Virus record (IMG/VR): IMGVR_UViG_3300017784_005596
Location: 1-45,646 of that record
Source: a virus
Lineage: Duplodnaviria > Caudoviricetes
Direction: 5' to 3' (one strand)
DNA length: 45,646 nt
The notes below the pieces were generated by a model that searched no databases, was not told the origin of the DNA, and was given only the letters and a program-made list of their open reading frames with translations. Positions 28,904 through 40,100 of this stretch are shown here, piece by piece (positions within the stretch are counted from its first letter, which is position 1; each line of letters begins with the position of its first letter). The position numbers and the translations under genes are program-made.

Positions 28904-29128
28904 TTACCCGTTTAATAATTGTTTAATTCCTCCTGCCGTCTCAACTCTAACTTTTCTATTAATAGTTGTTTGGTGTCCGGCTCTTTCAATAAGACCATCT
29001 CTTTCTCTGATTGTATAACAATCCCCTGTGTCTAAATCACAAACTTGTTGTGTTCCATCACCGTTATCTGTTTGAGAAACTCTAGTCGATTTCCCAAGAT
29101 AGTTGTCTAATGCTGATTTTATGTTCAT
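28904..29128 (-). CDS. Hypothetical protein (74 aa) with CDLDTGDC motif
   Basis: ORF 15 nt downstream of a TATTTATA motif; ends 5 nt before the next start. Confidence 0.7.
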   Translation of the reverse strand: MNIKSALDNYLGKSTRVSQTDNGDGTQQVCDLDTGDCYTIRERDGLIERAGHQTTINRKVRVETAGGIKQLLNG

Positions 29129-29142
29129 AAAATTGTTTTTAT

Positions 29143-29150
29143 TATAAATA
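29143..29150 (-). promoter_or_regulatory. Putative late-promoter motif TATTTATA
   Basis: 15 nt upstream of ATG 29128. The 15 bp at 29136-29150 are identical to 42242-42256. Confidence 0.6.
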
Positions 29151-29160
29151 TATCGTTATG

Positions 29161-32100
29161 TTATAAAGTGAAAACGTCACTTAGTATTGTTTGAGTCAGT
29201 ACTTCACCCCCATTTGGTTTATCATCACCATATGGTTTATATTGAACCTGTAACCTAAAAGAACCTATTTTTTGAACGGTTATTTCATTTGTATAGTTTG
29301 TTGACGGTCCTCCACTTCCACTATGACTAATTATTTCATAAGTAGATGCATCTAAAATTTTACTACCAAGTACAACGTTTTGTTCTTTGAAAGGGTGTTG
29401 AGAATCAGTAGTAAAGTTATATGTAATATAACCACCCGCAGGTTTTTTAATATTATAATAACTCCACCCTTGACCCTGTAAATTAACAGAATCTGTAAGT
29501 CTAATCAATGACAGTGGTAGTTGTGGGAATGTTGGTAATGTTTGGCTTGTCGGTACATTACTAATAGGTACTTGATTTTGATTAGGTAAAGTATACCAAA
29601 CTTTGAACGGGAATTGTTGCACCACAGGTTGCTCTTGACCTTTATATGCTTTAAGAATAAACATAATATCTATTTGTGTTTTACCTTCAATTTTTGGTAT
29701 ATCATTTATGAAGTAACTTTCAACATCCGTTAAGGTAACATTAAAAACCCCATTTACTACTTGTCCACTAACACCAATACGATTTTTTGAGATATATTTT
29801 CTAGTAACAACATTATTAACTTCTTCTAACTCATAAACAGTATAACTCATATCAACACTAGGTGATAATACCCAACCAATTGACTGAGGATTTATCTTAA
29901 CAGTTAATGATTGGGTTTTACTCGCATTTAACTGAACATCAGTTCCTATCATAGTTACAGGTCCTACAGTTTGAGGATTTGTATTTACAGTTTCACTTTG
30001 AGGTGCATTAGCAGTTTGATTCTGAGGATTATTATATCCACCCGGTGATGACGCTGCCGATGCGGTTATTGCTGGGTCAAATGTATAATTATCGGTACTT
30101 GTCGCAGTACCATTAGGAGTTGTAATAACAATCTTACCTTTATTAACTACAGTACCTGTTCCAATTATCGGAGTATTAAATCTTAATGTTGTATCATTAA
30201 ATACCGTAAATCCTGTTGCCGGAACACTAACTCCATTGACAGTAATCGAAGTAGTTCCATCAAAACTAATACCATTAACTTGAACCACAGTTCCTGTATT
30301 ACCTGATAAAGGTGAGAATGATGTAATTGATGATGGAGGACAAGATAATTTTGAGGTAACCGCAGTTGTAGTTGGAACACCGTTACTACTACCTTGGCTT
30401 TCAACTTTATTAATTGTATTTTTTAAATCTTCAACAATTGCTTTAGTTGCAACTCCAACACTAAGTGCCGAAGTTAACGCTTTATCGAATGTCTCTTTAG
30501 TTTCTGCATAATCTTTAATGTGTGTATCGTAATAAGATTCGGAAACCTTTATACTTTTAACCGGCCAATAACAAGCATAGTATTTAACAAGACCCAAGTC
30601 TAATATTTGTTGTACCCTTTCTCGTAATCTTGCACTCATAAACGCAATAAAGTTATCAACTGTAGCAAAGTTTGCAACAGGTGTTGTTCCTTTAGTTGAA
30701 GGATTTGGATTAAGGTTAACACAAGAATATGTACTAAGGAACGTACCATCAATCTGACCGTAATCAACATTTAGTGGAGCAGTTGCAAAGTTATTATTCC
30801 ATCCATTAAACTTACCTAATTTACTATTACTGTCTTTTTGGAAAGTCCTAAGATAAGAAATACAATAAATAATTGTTGCCAATTCAGGATTATTTGGCAT
30901 AATTCTTTTAAGAACACTCGCAAATTCTGTTTCAGTTATTCCTGTAAGAACCGCATTAGTCGCTTGAAACTGTTTATTAAGATAAATTGGAAGTACTTGA
31001 CTTCCACATTCATTTGTGGTTCCTTTTGTATTATTTGCAGATTGAACTGTATTACTTGCTTTATTAGAATTGGTTGACGCACTTAATACATTAATAGTAT
31101 CTTTCTTAATTTTAAGAAGTCCCTCAAGTTTTGTTAATAAATTTTGATTCATACTTTGAATAAAACTATCAATTGCAGGTAAATCATAAATTCCTTGTCT
31201 AATCCCTTGGAATGATGTTTGGAATTGACCCGGTTGAATACTATGTTCAACTTGTAGTATCATATACGGACCATTAAACATTGGAACGTGTCTTAAATTA
31301 AAATACATTGTTGGTTGTAACATGGCATTCCCTAAACAAACAACAGAACATGTATAACTTCTTTGTTTGTAAAGGTTATACAAACTGGCGTTTTGTGTTG
31401 CAACATTTTTACCTGATGCTTGGTCAGCTATATTTATCTGTGCAGCAATTGATTCAGAAGTTGCACTACCATTATCCTGAGACACATTGAACGAGTAAAA
31501 CACATTTTGATTTCTTGTACCAATATCAACACTAAACCCAACACATTTATTTGAAACCCCCCAATCTTTTTTACCAACTTGATTTTCAATTAATGGGTTT
31601 TCAGATGCTCTACTCATATCAAACGCATCATCTCTGAACCTAAAATTACCTTTTGGTAATTCCAAATATTGAGATGGTTTTCCAACATAGAAACAAACCA
31701 TTTTAGAACTTGATTTTCTATAATCAACATTTAAAAATGTCCCCCATAAATTATTAGCAAACTCTGACGACCCTTCGGCTCTATTTGGTATTGTTGTACC
31801 ATCAACATCCTGAACATTATAAAAATTAACATATGCTGGTAGATTCATCACAGTAAAATTATTTTTTCTCAATAATCCACTAATAAATGTAAAAACGCTC
31901 ATACCTTCGTTCAAGGATTTTTGACTAAATGTATTCCTCATTTCAAAAATATCCAATAAGATAGTATCACCAATATTTCTTGATGCCCTATCTAAGAATA
32001 AAATATCCTCAAACAATGTTTTAGTTTTATAATCAGAGCCCGCAATCCATTTATCATTTAAAGCTTTGAACACTTCGTAATTTTCAACTTTACTTTGTTG

Positions 32101-35100
32101 ACCATCAATAACGGTTTGAACTGTTTTTTCAGGTAATTGCTGTTGGTCAGGTAAATCTTTTCTTACCCCATCTAAAACAAGATTTAGAAAATTATCTTGT
32201 AATACACTTTCATTGGTTAGGTATTGATTAATCTGAGCTTGGAACTGAGCAACTGTTGTACTTGGATTTTTTAACTTCTGAGTCGCATACATTTTAATAA
32301 TTGGTGCTAATAACACAACATTATCAACTGAAAACAAAATATTATTATCAATAAAAAAATCAGTAATGTATGAACCAGTACTACTATATCTAACATTATT
32401 TATTGTTGAAAATCCAACTTCTGTCTCAAGTGCTTTCCAAGCATTTGGATTTAACAATTGAGACTGACTAAGACTTAATGAACTAGTTTTAGTTGGTAAT
32501 GTATTTTGTACATACGGTTGAAACTCAATTGGGTCAACAACTTTTTGAGTATTATTATGTGAAAGATATGAATCAAAAATTCTTCTTCTATAATTTGATG
32601 GATTACCATATCTAAATAAGATATCATAATTCATGAAGTCTTTAATACCCGTTTGGAAAACATTATATTGTCTGTCAATCGCACTACTAAAATATTGTGA
32701 GTCCGAAACACCTGTTGCCGGTGCCGCTATTGTCATTAAATTTCTAAATAATGATTGGAAATTTCTAAAGGTTGCATTAACTTGAACTACAGACGTTTCA
32801 AAATGAGCAACTTCAGCTCCTGTTGAACTATTTGTAATTGGTTTACTAAAATTTAAAAACTCTTGTTCAAACGAATCCAATATTTTTTTCTCAAAAACTG
32901 AAAATATCTCTTCAATTTTAGTATAGTTATCACCATTCAAAAAGTATAATGGAGATTGTGTTTCACCATTATTAATTAAATTAATATAAGAATCCGGTTG
33001 AGGGTATGCAATTTGATTACTATCAAAATATCCATAGTTAGGTGCTGACCATAAAGTTCTAACCGAACCATTATAAACATTAGGGTTTGATGTTAAATTA
33101 ACTACAGTATTTGCAGAAGTTGTTAAATTAGTAACACAAGCAACCTCAGATTGATTTAAAGAATTTCCAAATGATGGAACTACAAAATAATCCGTACCTT
33201 TAGTATTGTTAACAGGATTACAATTAACATCAGGATAATAATTACTACTACTAAGTAAAACCGAATATGTTACAAGACTTAACGATTTACCATTTTGGTT
33301 GGCAGATATGTTAGAATCTTGATAGTTAAACAATTTCATGCCTCCATCTACACTATTTTGAATTTCATCATTAGTGTAATTATCGTATAATTCGAATCCA
33401 TTATAAAAAACGTTAAAGTCATTAATTACTTTAGGATAAAACCCAATATTCATATTAGCGGTAATTGATGTCTCCTCTTGTAATGTTATTGAAATAGGAG
33501 TACTATTATAATTGAACTTATAGTTTTGAGTATTTGAACTTAAAATAGGACTATAATTTGTTGTGTAGTCAAAATTAGTCCAAGCAGTTTTTAAAATATC
33601 GACGTTTGATTCTTTATATTTTTTATAACGATGCCAAATTGACCCATACTTTAATACCCAAGCATATGGTAATTTATGAATCGCACCAAATTTTTTCAAA
33701 CAAGATGAAATATAATCTAACTCATCAACAAAGGTATCTGTTTTTGTTTTATATCTTTCTCTTAGTGTCGCTAAAGGTAATGAATTTAAGAAAAGATATG
33801 CAGATTGAACATAGGGATAAGGGTCACTTGTTCTATTATTTTGAACACCATTCATAATTGAATTAACAAAATATGGAGTATTCAACATAGATGTTGTTGT
33901 CTTAAACGGTAATACATTTGTTGGAGTCGTAAAATCACAATACCCCTCAGTTGCAATAAAATTTTTAGGTTCTCTACTTCTATAAAAATCAACAAACCCA
34001 TAAGGATTTAATAAATTAAATTGCACCGCAACTAAGGATGGATTTTCATTTTGATAAAATGAAAAGTTTGTAACCGGTCTATTGGTTGTAAAATCATAAA
34101 CATCATTAAAATTTGAAATAATTTTTCTTGGTTCAAATATCTTTAAAGTTTTCTTTGTATTATAAACTTCGTTACCCACAGATTTATTACTTGAACTCAA
34201 ATTAGTTAAACACCACGTAGGGTCTGTATATGGTAATGTATCCACAACCAATGGTTCATTTGAAGCATTTTTTAATAAGGTTTCGAGAGCCAACGATTTA
34301 GTACTTACTTGTGGTATTTTTCCAATATCTGATGTTGATAAAATACTATACGAGTTATCCACCAAATTTTTAATATATGGTGTAACAAAGAAATCACGAA
34401 TATAATCTTGATACGCCCTTCCTGTACCATTATTCGAAATAGTACTTAAGAACTCAGGATATGAATTTGCCTTTAAATTATAATTTTTAAGTTTTAATGT
34501 TAAATAAGGAGAACTTATTCCAAGACCTTTAACAATATTGTTAACTTCCGCCTCAATATTCAACTTAATTAATTCATCAATCTGATTAGAATTAGCCCTA
34601 ATTAATCCTGAATAGTGAGAAGTTAAAAATTGTCTCTCCCAAATTTCATAAAAGAATTTTACCTCTTCTTTATTAACATATGGTAATCCTGCTGACGGAA
34701 ATTCAATTGCATTAATGTTGATTCTATTAGTATCTCTTTCATTATCTAATGGTGGTGGAGCGAGTGGGACACTGAATTTTTGTGTTATACCTTTCATATA
34801 CTCCTCAACAAATTCAACTTCAGGCCATTTATCAAACAAATATCCTTGAGTTCTATCAACAATTGTTGGGTCCGCAATATATTTTATTTGAAATCTACCT
34901 TTTTTATCTTCAGGTGTTTCAACAAAAAATAACGGCCATGGGTAAACCGGTTCTTGAGAATTTAACAAATTAGCATCATTCATTATTGCAAATGGGTCCC
35001 TAACTACAACTCCTCTTGTTTCAGTACTTGGGGCTGATGATGGATTATCTAATATTGCATTTTTTCTAACAGGGTCGTATTTAACATTCCAAGCATTTGT

Positions 35101-36867
35101 ATGTACATCATCTAATAATCTAACAAATGCCTCTGCCGATGCCATTACAACTGCAATCAGATTCCTAACGGTTGGTTTAAATCCAAGACCTGTATCAGTA
35201 TCTTCAATTTTTCTCAATAATTCCGCAGAAATTGATGATTCATATTCTGATAGTTTCTTATTCGCATTTGTTTCAATTAATGAAATTTGATTATCAAATC
35301 TATTATCACCTTCAAAAATAAAAAAACTAGCGTTCACAGTTTCAGTTACTTGTCTTCCATTAACCTCATTTACCACAACAATAGGAATTTTTGTTTGATA
35401 TAACTGTTCTTTAAGAGCAATAATGTCCTTTTCCGTTGGTAAAACTTTCCCTGTTTGTATTCTAACTGTTTCTTTCCAGTTAATAGCACCATCCGCTGGT
35501 GGGTCAACTGTAAAATTAACAAACTTAATTGGATTTGGTATTGGAGATGCTCCATTTTTACCTAATGTAGCATTTTCAGATAAAGCTTTATTAAACTTAT
35601 TTACGTAACTTTCCAATAATTTAGCAGCAGTCTCTTTCTCCGATTGCTCTAATTTTTTAAAAATATAAATCCTTTCATTTGTATTATTCAATACAATTGG
35701 TTTTGGGTCAAGATAAGTATTAAACCAAGAAGTATTTGCTCCTCTTACTGCAGAAAAATATTGTTTTAAAACCTCTTTATAACTTCGAATATTAGTTAGA
35801 GGTTCCACTTTAGCCTTTGGAAATGAATCCATAATATTATTCTCAAAGGTACTTAACTTAGTCATTAATTGAAATACTGTTAACTCTGGTAAATCAGGAG
35901 AAATTAATCCTTTTGCTTTATATTCACTGTAAAGTTCAGCAATTTTTTGATACCCTCTTTCAGAAACTATTTCAGTAGTAAACACATCACCACTTTGTGA
36001 GTTGTTTTTTGAAACAGCTCCCTGTACACTTGATTGAGATTCAGCAGCTTTGTTTGATTCTTGAGTACCTCCCGGAGTTGTTGAAACATTGAAAGTTTGT
36101 CCATACATATGAGGAACCGCCAATAAATGTCCCATTGAGATTTCATTAAGTACATTAAACTTATATCCTTTGAATTGTAAATCCACTTGATAGTTACCAC
36201 TAAATGTGTTAAATGACGCATGAAATTTTTCTAAATTTAATTGATATCTAATTGCCTGTCCATAATAACCTTTTAGTGTTAAATAAAATGGTGGATAAGG
36301 AAGATTAAAAAAAGCAGAATATGGTGAATTATTACCTAATGAAAACAATGCCTTTCCTTGCACATCTTCTAACTTTATATTAACTGAAGGTACAAAAGAT
36401 GAGTTAGTTGTTACATTAATTGATGTAATTCCTAATAAACCATTATCAAATACATTTTTTAAGTCAGCGGGTGAACTAATAGTGTAAGCTTGATTACCAT
36501 CACTTGCAGGAACTCTTTTTTCCATCATTTGATTATCACCCTTAAACTTCGTTGAATTATTACCAGTCAATTCATCATAATAACCCACACCTAAAAAATT
36601 ATCTTTAGTTGGTTTTAAAAAATTCATCTTGGCAACTGATATAGTTCTAATTCTATCTTCAGGACTTGCCCCTACCGCAAGTTTAGTTCTTGGAAGAACT
36701 TCCGCTTCCAAATTTGCATACATAACTAAACTCTCATGGTCAATTAATCTTTCTTGTATTTTACCCGCTGAGTTAATTGTTTTGTTAGGGTCAACAACAA
36801 TAATATTATTGTAATCAAACTCTACTAATATATCTCCACTGTTGTCTGCTTTTAAGTTACCTGCCAT
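29161..36867 (-). CDS. Giant baseplate hub protein (gp27/gpD-like halves) with lysozyme/GH73-like segment and IPT/TIG domain (2568 aa)
   Basis: N-terminal LGITSINV...VNIKLEDVQG...FYLTLKGYYG. Hub C-terminus YTCSVVCLGNAMLQPTMYFNL...NGPYMILQVEHSI...FQTSFQGIR. IPT: PPSSITSFSPLSGNTGTVVQVNGISF...GKIVITTPNG. Follows the LysM gene as in canonical myovirus gene order. Confidence 0.7.
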   Translation of the reverse strand: MAGNLKADNSGDILVEFDYNNIIVVDPNKTINSAGKIQERLIDHESLVMYANLEAEVLPRTKLAVGASPEDRIRTISVAKMNFLKPTKDNFLGVGYYDELTGNNSTKFKGDNQMMEKRVPASDGNQAYTISSPADLKNVFDNGLLGITSINVTTNSSFVPSVNIKLEDVQGKALFSLGNNSPYSAFFNLPYPPFYLTLKGYYGQAIRYQLNLEKFHASFNTFSGNYQVDLQFKGYKFNVLNEISMGHLLAVPHMYGQTFNVSTTPGGTQESNKAAESQSSVQGAVSKNNSQSGDVFTTEIVSERGYQKIAELYSEYKAKGLISPDLPELTVFQLMTKLSTFENNIMDSFPKAKVEPLTNIRSYKEVLKQYFSAVRGANTSWFNTYLDPKPIVLNNTNERIYIFKKLEQSEKETAAKLLESYVNKFNKALSENATLGKNGASPIPNPIKFVNFTVDPPADGAINWKETVRIQTGKVLPTEKDIIALKEQLYQTKIPIVVVNEVNGRQVTETVNASFFIFEGDNRFDNQISLIETNANKKLSEYESSISAELLRKIEDTDTGLGFKPTVRNLIAVVMASAEAFVRLLDDVHTNAWNVKYDPVRKNAILDNPSSAPSTETRGVVVRDPFAIMNDANLLNSQEPVYPWPLFFVETPEDKKGRFQIKYIADPTIVDRTQGYLFDKWPEVEFVEEYMKGITQKFSVPLAPPPLDNERDTNRININAIEFPSAGLPYVNKEEVKFFYEIWERQFLTSHYSGLIRANSNQIDELIKLNIEAEVNNIVKGLGISSPYLTLKLKNYNLKANSYPEFLSTISNNGTGRAYQDYIRDFFVTPYIKNLVDNSYSILSTSDIGKIPQVSTKSLALETLLKNASNEPLVVDTLPYTDPTWCLTNLSSSNKSVGNEVYNTKKTLKIFEPRKIISNFNDVYDFTTNRPVTNFSFYQNENPSLVAVQFNLLNPYGFVDFYRSREPKNFIATEGYCDFTTPTNVLPFKTTTSMLNTPYFVNSIMNGVQNNRTSDPYPYVQSAYLFLNSLPLATLRERYKTKTDTFVDELDYISSCLKKFGAIHKLPYAWVLKYGSIWHRYKKYKESNVDILKTAWTNFDYTTNYSPILSSNTQNYKFNYNSTPISITLQEETSITANMNIGFYPKVINDFNVFYNGFELYDNYTNDEIQNSVDGGMKLFNYQDSNISANQNGKSLSLVTYSVLLSSSNYYPDVNCNPVNNTKGTDYFVVPSFGNSLNQSEVACVTNLTTSANTVVNLTSNPNVYNGSVRTLWSAPNYGYFDSNQIAYPQPDSYINLINNGETQSPLYFLNGDNYTKIEEIFSVFEKKILDSFEQEFLNFSKPITNSSTGAEVAHFETSVVQVNATFRNFQSLFRNLMTIAAPATGVSDSQYFSSAIDRQYNVFQTGIKDFMNYDILFRYGNPSNYRRRIFDSYLSHNNTQKVVDPIEFQPYVQNTLPTKTSSLSLSQSQLLNPNAWKALETEVGFSTINNVRYSSTGSYITDFFIDNNILFSVDNVVLLAPIIKMYATQKLKNPSTTVAQFQAQINQYLTNESVLQDNFLNLVLDGVRKDLPDQQQLPEKTVQTVIDGQQSKVENYEVFKALNDKWIAGSDYKTKTLFEDILFLDRASRNIGDTILLDIFEMRNTFSQKSLNEGMSVFTFISGLLRKNNFTVMNLPAYVNFYNVQDVDGTTIPNRAEGSSEFANNLWGTFLNVDYRKSSSKMVCFYVGKPSQYLELPKGNFRFRDDAFDMSRASENPLIENQVGKKDWGVSNKCVGFSVDIGTRNQNVFYSFNVSQDNGSATSESIAAQINIADQASGKNVATQNASLYNLYKQRSYTCSVVCLGNAMLQPTMYFNLRHVPMFNGPYMILQVEHSIQPGQFQTSFQGIRQGIYDLPAIDSFIQSMNQNLLTKLEGLLKIKKDTINVLSASTNSNKASNTVQSANNTKGTTNECGSQVLPIYLNKQFQATNAVLTGITETEFASVLKRIMPNNPELATIIYCISYLRTFQKDSNSKLGKFNGWNNNFATAPLNVDYGQIDGTFLSTYSCVNLNPNPSTKGTTPVANFATVDNFIAFMSARLRERVQQILDLGLVKYYACYWPVKSIKVSESYYDTHIKDYAETKETFDKALTSALSVGVATKAIVEDLKNTINKVESQGSSNGVPTTTAVTSKLSCPPSSITSFSPLSGNTGTVVQVNGISFDGTTSITVNGVSVPATGFTVFNDTTLRFNTPIIGTGTVVNKGKIVITTPNGTATSTDNYTFDPAITASAASSPGGYNNPQNQTANAPQSETVNTNPQTVGPVTMIGTDVQLNASKTQSLTVKINPQSIGWVLSPSVDMSYTVYELEEVNNVVTRKYISKNRIGVSGQVVNGVFNVTLTDVESYFINDIPKIEGKTQIDIMFILKAYKGQEQPVVQQFPFKVWYTLPNQNQVPISNVPTSQTLPTFPQLPLSLIRLTDSVNLQGQGWSYYNIKKPAGGYITYNFTTDSQHPFKEQNVVLGSKILDASTYEIISHSGSGGPSTNYTNEITVQKIGSFRLQVQYKPYGDDKPNGGEVLTQTILSDVFTL

Positions 36868-37180
36868 AATAATAAAAATGATTTTCTAATGCTCCCTTAT
36901 AGTCCTGTAATGAAGGTAGTAATGGAAATGGTATAATCAATACCGCACCATCATATATGGTATTTTCTAATCCACCAAATTGAGGATTAGCCTGAAGTAT
37001 TAACCAACTAAAATACGGAGAATCATAATAATCTTGAGATACTTTATCTAATCGACTTCTACCCACTTTATAAATAAATGCCTTATCTGTAGGTTTTTGA
37101 GGTAACTCCACGTAAGGTACAACGGTTTGTTCACCGTTAATTAGAAATTCACTATACCTATTCCAATATTGAAATGCCAT
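36857..37180 (-). CDS. LysM-like baseplate protein (T4 gp53 / P2 gpX-like, 107 aa)
   Basis: YKVGRSRLDKVSQDYYDSPYFSWLILQANP...IYDGAVLIIP. Confidence 0.8.
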   Translation of the reverse strand: MAFQYWNRYSEFLINGEQTVVPYVELPQKPTDKAFIYKVGRSRLDKVSQDYYDSPYFSWLILQANPQFGGLENTIYDGAVLIIPFPLLPSLQDYKGALENHFYYYGR

Positions 37181-40100
37181 TAATTAAGTTTTACTTTTGA
37201 TATGTATGCTCCCGCTGAAACTCCATCTTCAGAATTCCATTTGTTATTATCTGTGTTTCTATTTGTCGTATCTGCTAATGAAGATATCATAGTTTTTTGT
37301 GATTTTTTCTTATCATCAGTACCATCTGTTTCTGTTGTATAAGTAAACTCCCTTTTTTTCTTATCAAATGGTGTATATTTTAAATAATTTTTTAATTTAT
37401 TTTTTTCAACATCATCAATAAATGCTTTTGTTATATTATTTTCACTAACAAATAAAGGTTTTGTTTGAGTAATCCAATAGTTATCAAACTTAGCCTCAAC
37501 ATCATCAAATCCCCCACTTAATAATCCAGCGTTATTAATAATATTACCAATCATCGCGGTTTTAAATGTTTCATATTTTTTATCATCAACAACATCATCA
37601 GAAACTACCATATAAACTCTTCTAAAAATATTATTATCAAATAGTGTATTTTTACTAAATGGTCTAAATACATTTTCAACCGTTACTGTGGTATCAAGAG
37701 ATTTACCTTTAGGGTCTGTTTCAAAAACTAAAACTCCATTATATGTTAAACTATCCAAAGGATTAACAAACTCAGTTTCACTCCAAATAAGTAAATTAAA
37801 TTCTTTAATACCTTCACATATTTTTCTAATGTCGTCAGTAAGTTCTACTAATGTATTAGAAGCCCCTGTTGATGACGCATTAACATCAGACGTTCCACTA
37901 GTCACATACACCTTAACAGGACCTGATTTTGCTTGATATCCATCAGTACCACTATTATAACTTGTAGTTCCATCAAAAATTAATATATTAGCTCTTCCTA
38001 TAGTTTGAATATATGTTTGTTCGGTATTACTAATATCTTGAGTTATTTTTGTAATAGCATTTTGAAATGATGCTCTTTTGTTTTTAACTAAATTCTTATA
38101 ATTTTCTTTTAATTGACGGATTACTTTTGGTGAAAAATTACAAATAGCGGACGACATAAAGGTAATAAATCCTTCATTCCCACTTTGAATGTTTGATTCA
38201 AGTTCACCAAAAATAGTATCAAACCTTTTTTCAACATTACTTGGTTTTCCAAATAAAACACACTCGGGTGGAGTCACATTAAAATTACCTTGAGTATAAG
38301 AACGTTCCAACATCCATTGTTGTCTAACAGCGTTGTTATATTGATTAACACTTTCTTTTGTTTTATTAACAACCGTTTGGAAATATGTTTGAGTTTCATT
38401 AACAAACTTAACCATAAAGTCAGAATAACTAATAGTTCCCGTCTCACTAGTTCCTGTTAAAACATTTGTTAACGTTACACCAATGGTACTATTATTATTT
38501 TGCCCATTCTCAACCGCCGCTTGATTGACCGCAGGTGCTTGAGGTGGTGCTGTCATTGCCAAAAATTCTTTATCTAAAACTTTCAAGAAATCTTCTTGGG
38601 CAGTAACATCCGCTCTATCATCCCAAATTTCAGTATTAGCATAATAATTGAATGTTAATGCATTTTGTAATTTATCTATCGACTCTTTTAATCCACTTCC
38701 ACCAACAAAATTAAATCCAAAAGTAATATTCGCAATCATTGGTTGAATACCAATACCCTCTGGATTAATATCTAATGATTCATATTGTATCCCCAATGAC
38801 GTTGGAATAATTTTTGTATTGTAAAAATCTCCAATACGTAATACCAATACCGGAGGTGCCCCAAATGATGTATTTGTGGCATTATTGTATTGTAATTGTT
38901 GTTTACCTGCAATGTCTTTAATCGTTGGAATTGTATCTCCCGGTCTCATACATTGTTGTAAAAATGTAAGACGAGAGTTTAATCCTTCAGGTGTTGTTGA
39001 GTGAAATGCCGGTTGGAAAAATTTTAACTTGTCTCGCAAGTTATCATAAACCATAGGTGTCTCAGCTTTGATTGTTTCAAAGTAGTCACACTCAGACAAT
39101 AAAGCTCTTAAAACACGTTTAGTAATATTATCCCTTGGTTTATATTCTTGTGTTATAACGTTTTCTTTAACAGTTTTTAATACTTTATTTTCCTCAACAA
39201 TTGTTGTGTATTGTGCTGGTTGCGTTGTTGTTGGTTGTTTAATCGTTGGCACTACTGTTTTGACATAACCTCGTCTACAAGCCATGGCATTTGTTGTTGT
39301 AATATCATTTGCGCCAACTTGAGTATCTCCACCTACAGCTCCAGTATCCTTATCAGAACAATTCACATTTGTGCCAATTTTATAAGCTTTAGTAACTGCA
39401 TCAAATTGTAATACTTGAGCATTTTCACCGTATACGGTTGTTGCTTTAAGTAATAATTTTTGTTTTGATAAAAATGGTTTTAATACATCACTTTCTTCAA
39501 AAAACTTAATAATAGAGGCAATTCTTCTTTTAGCCAACTCAACATTATATGATTGAGTAGCAGGAGCTGAACAACTAGCATCGATAGTAACTGTTATAGT
39601 ACCATCACTATCTTTATATTGGGTTAATTGTTTTGCTAAATCATTAACAAATTCTTTTGCTAAATTATAATTTGGAATAACTACCGATTCAAAAAATACG
39701 TTAGTTTTTTCAGCGTTTGGTCTAGTATTGTAATATTGCCTATTAGTAGCACTAGTATATCTTGTAAACTCTGTAGTATAATTTGGTATCGCCTCATTTT
39801 TTTTAGGGAAATCATTTCCAAAATAAAACCCTAATTGTTCGTATTTTTTAAAATCAACGTTAGTGTTTCCACCACCACCTTCTTGGGATACGTTAACATC
39901 CGCCCCTGTTGGTGAATTAACACCAGTCTGAACTGTTTTCTTAATAAATTCAGTTTGTTCTTTAGTTGTCTCTTTTGACGAAATTGCTTCTTGTAATAGA
40001 TACAAATCATTTGGATTAACCGTATAATATTTTTTAGCTAATTCATATAAATCATATTTTCTACACCCAGCGAAGAATGATTCTAAAATACTATCAACTC

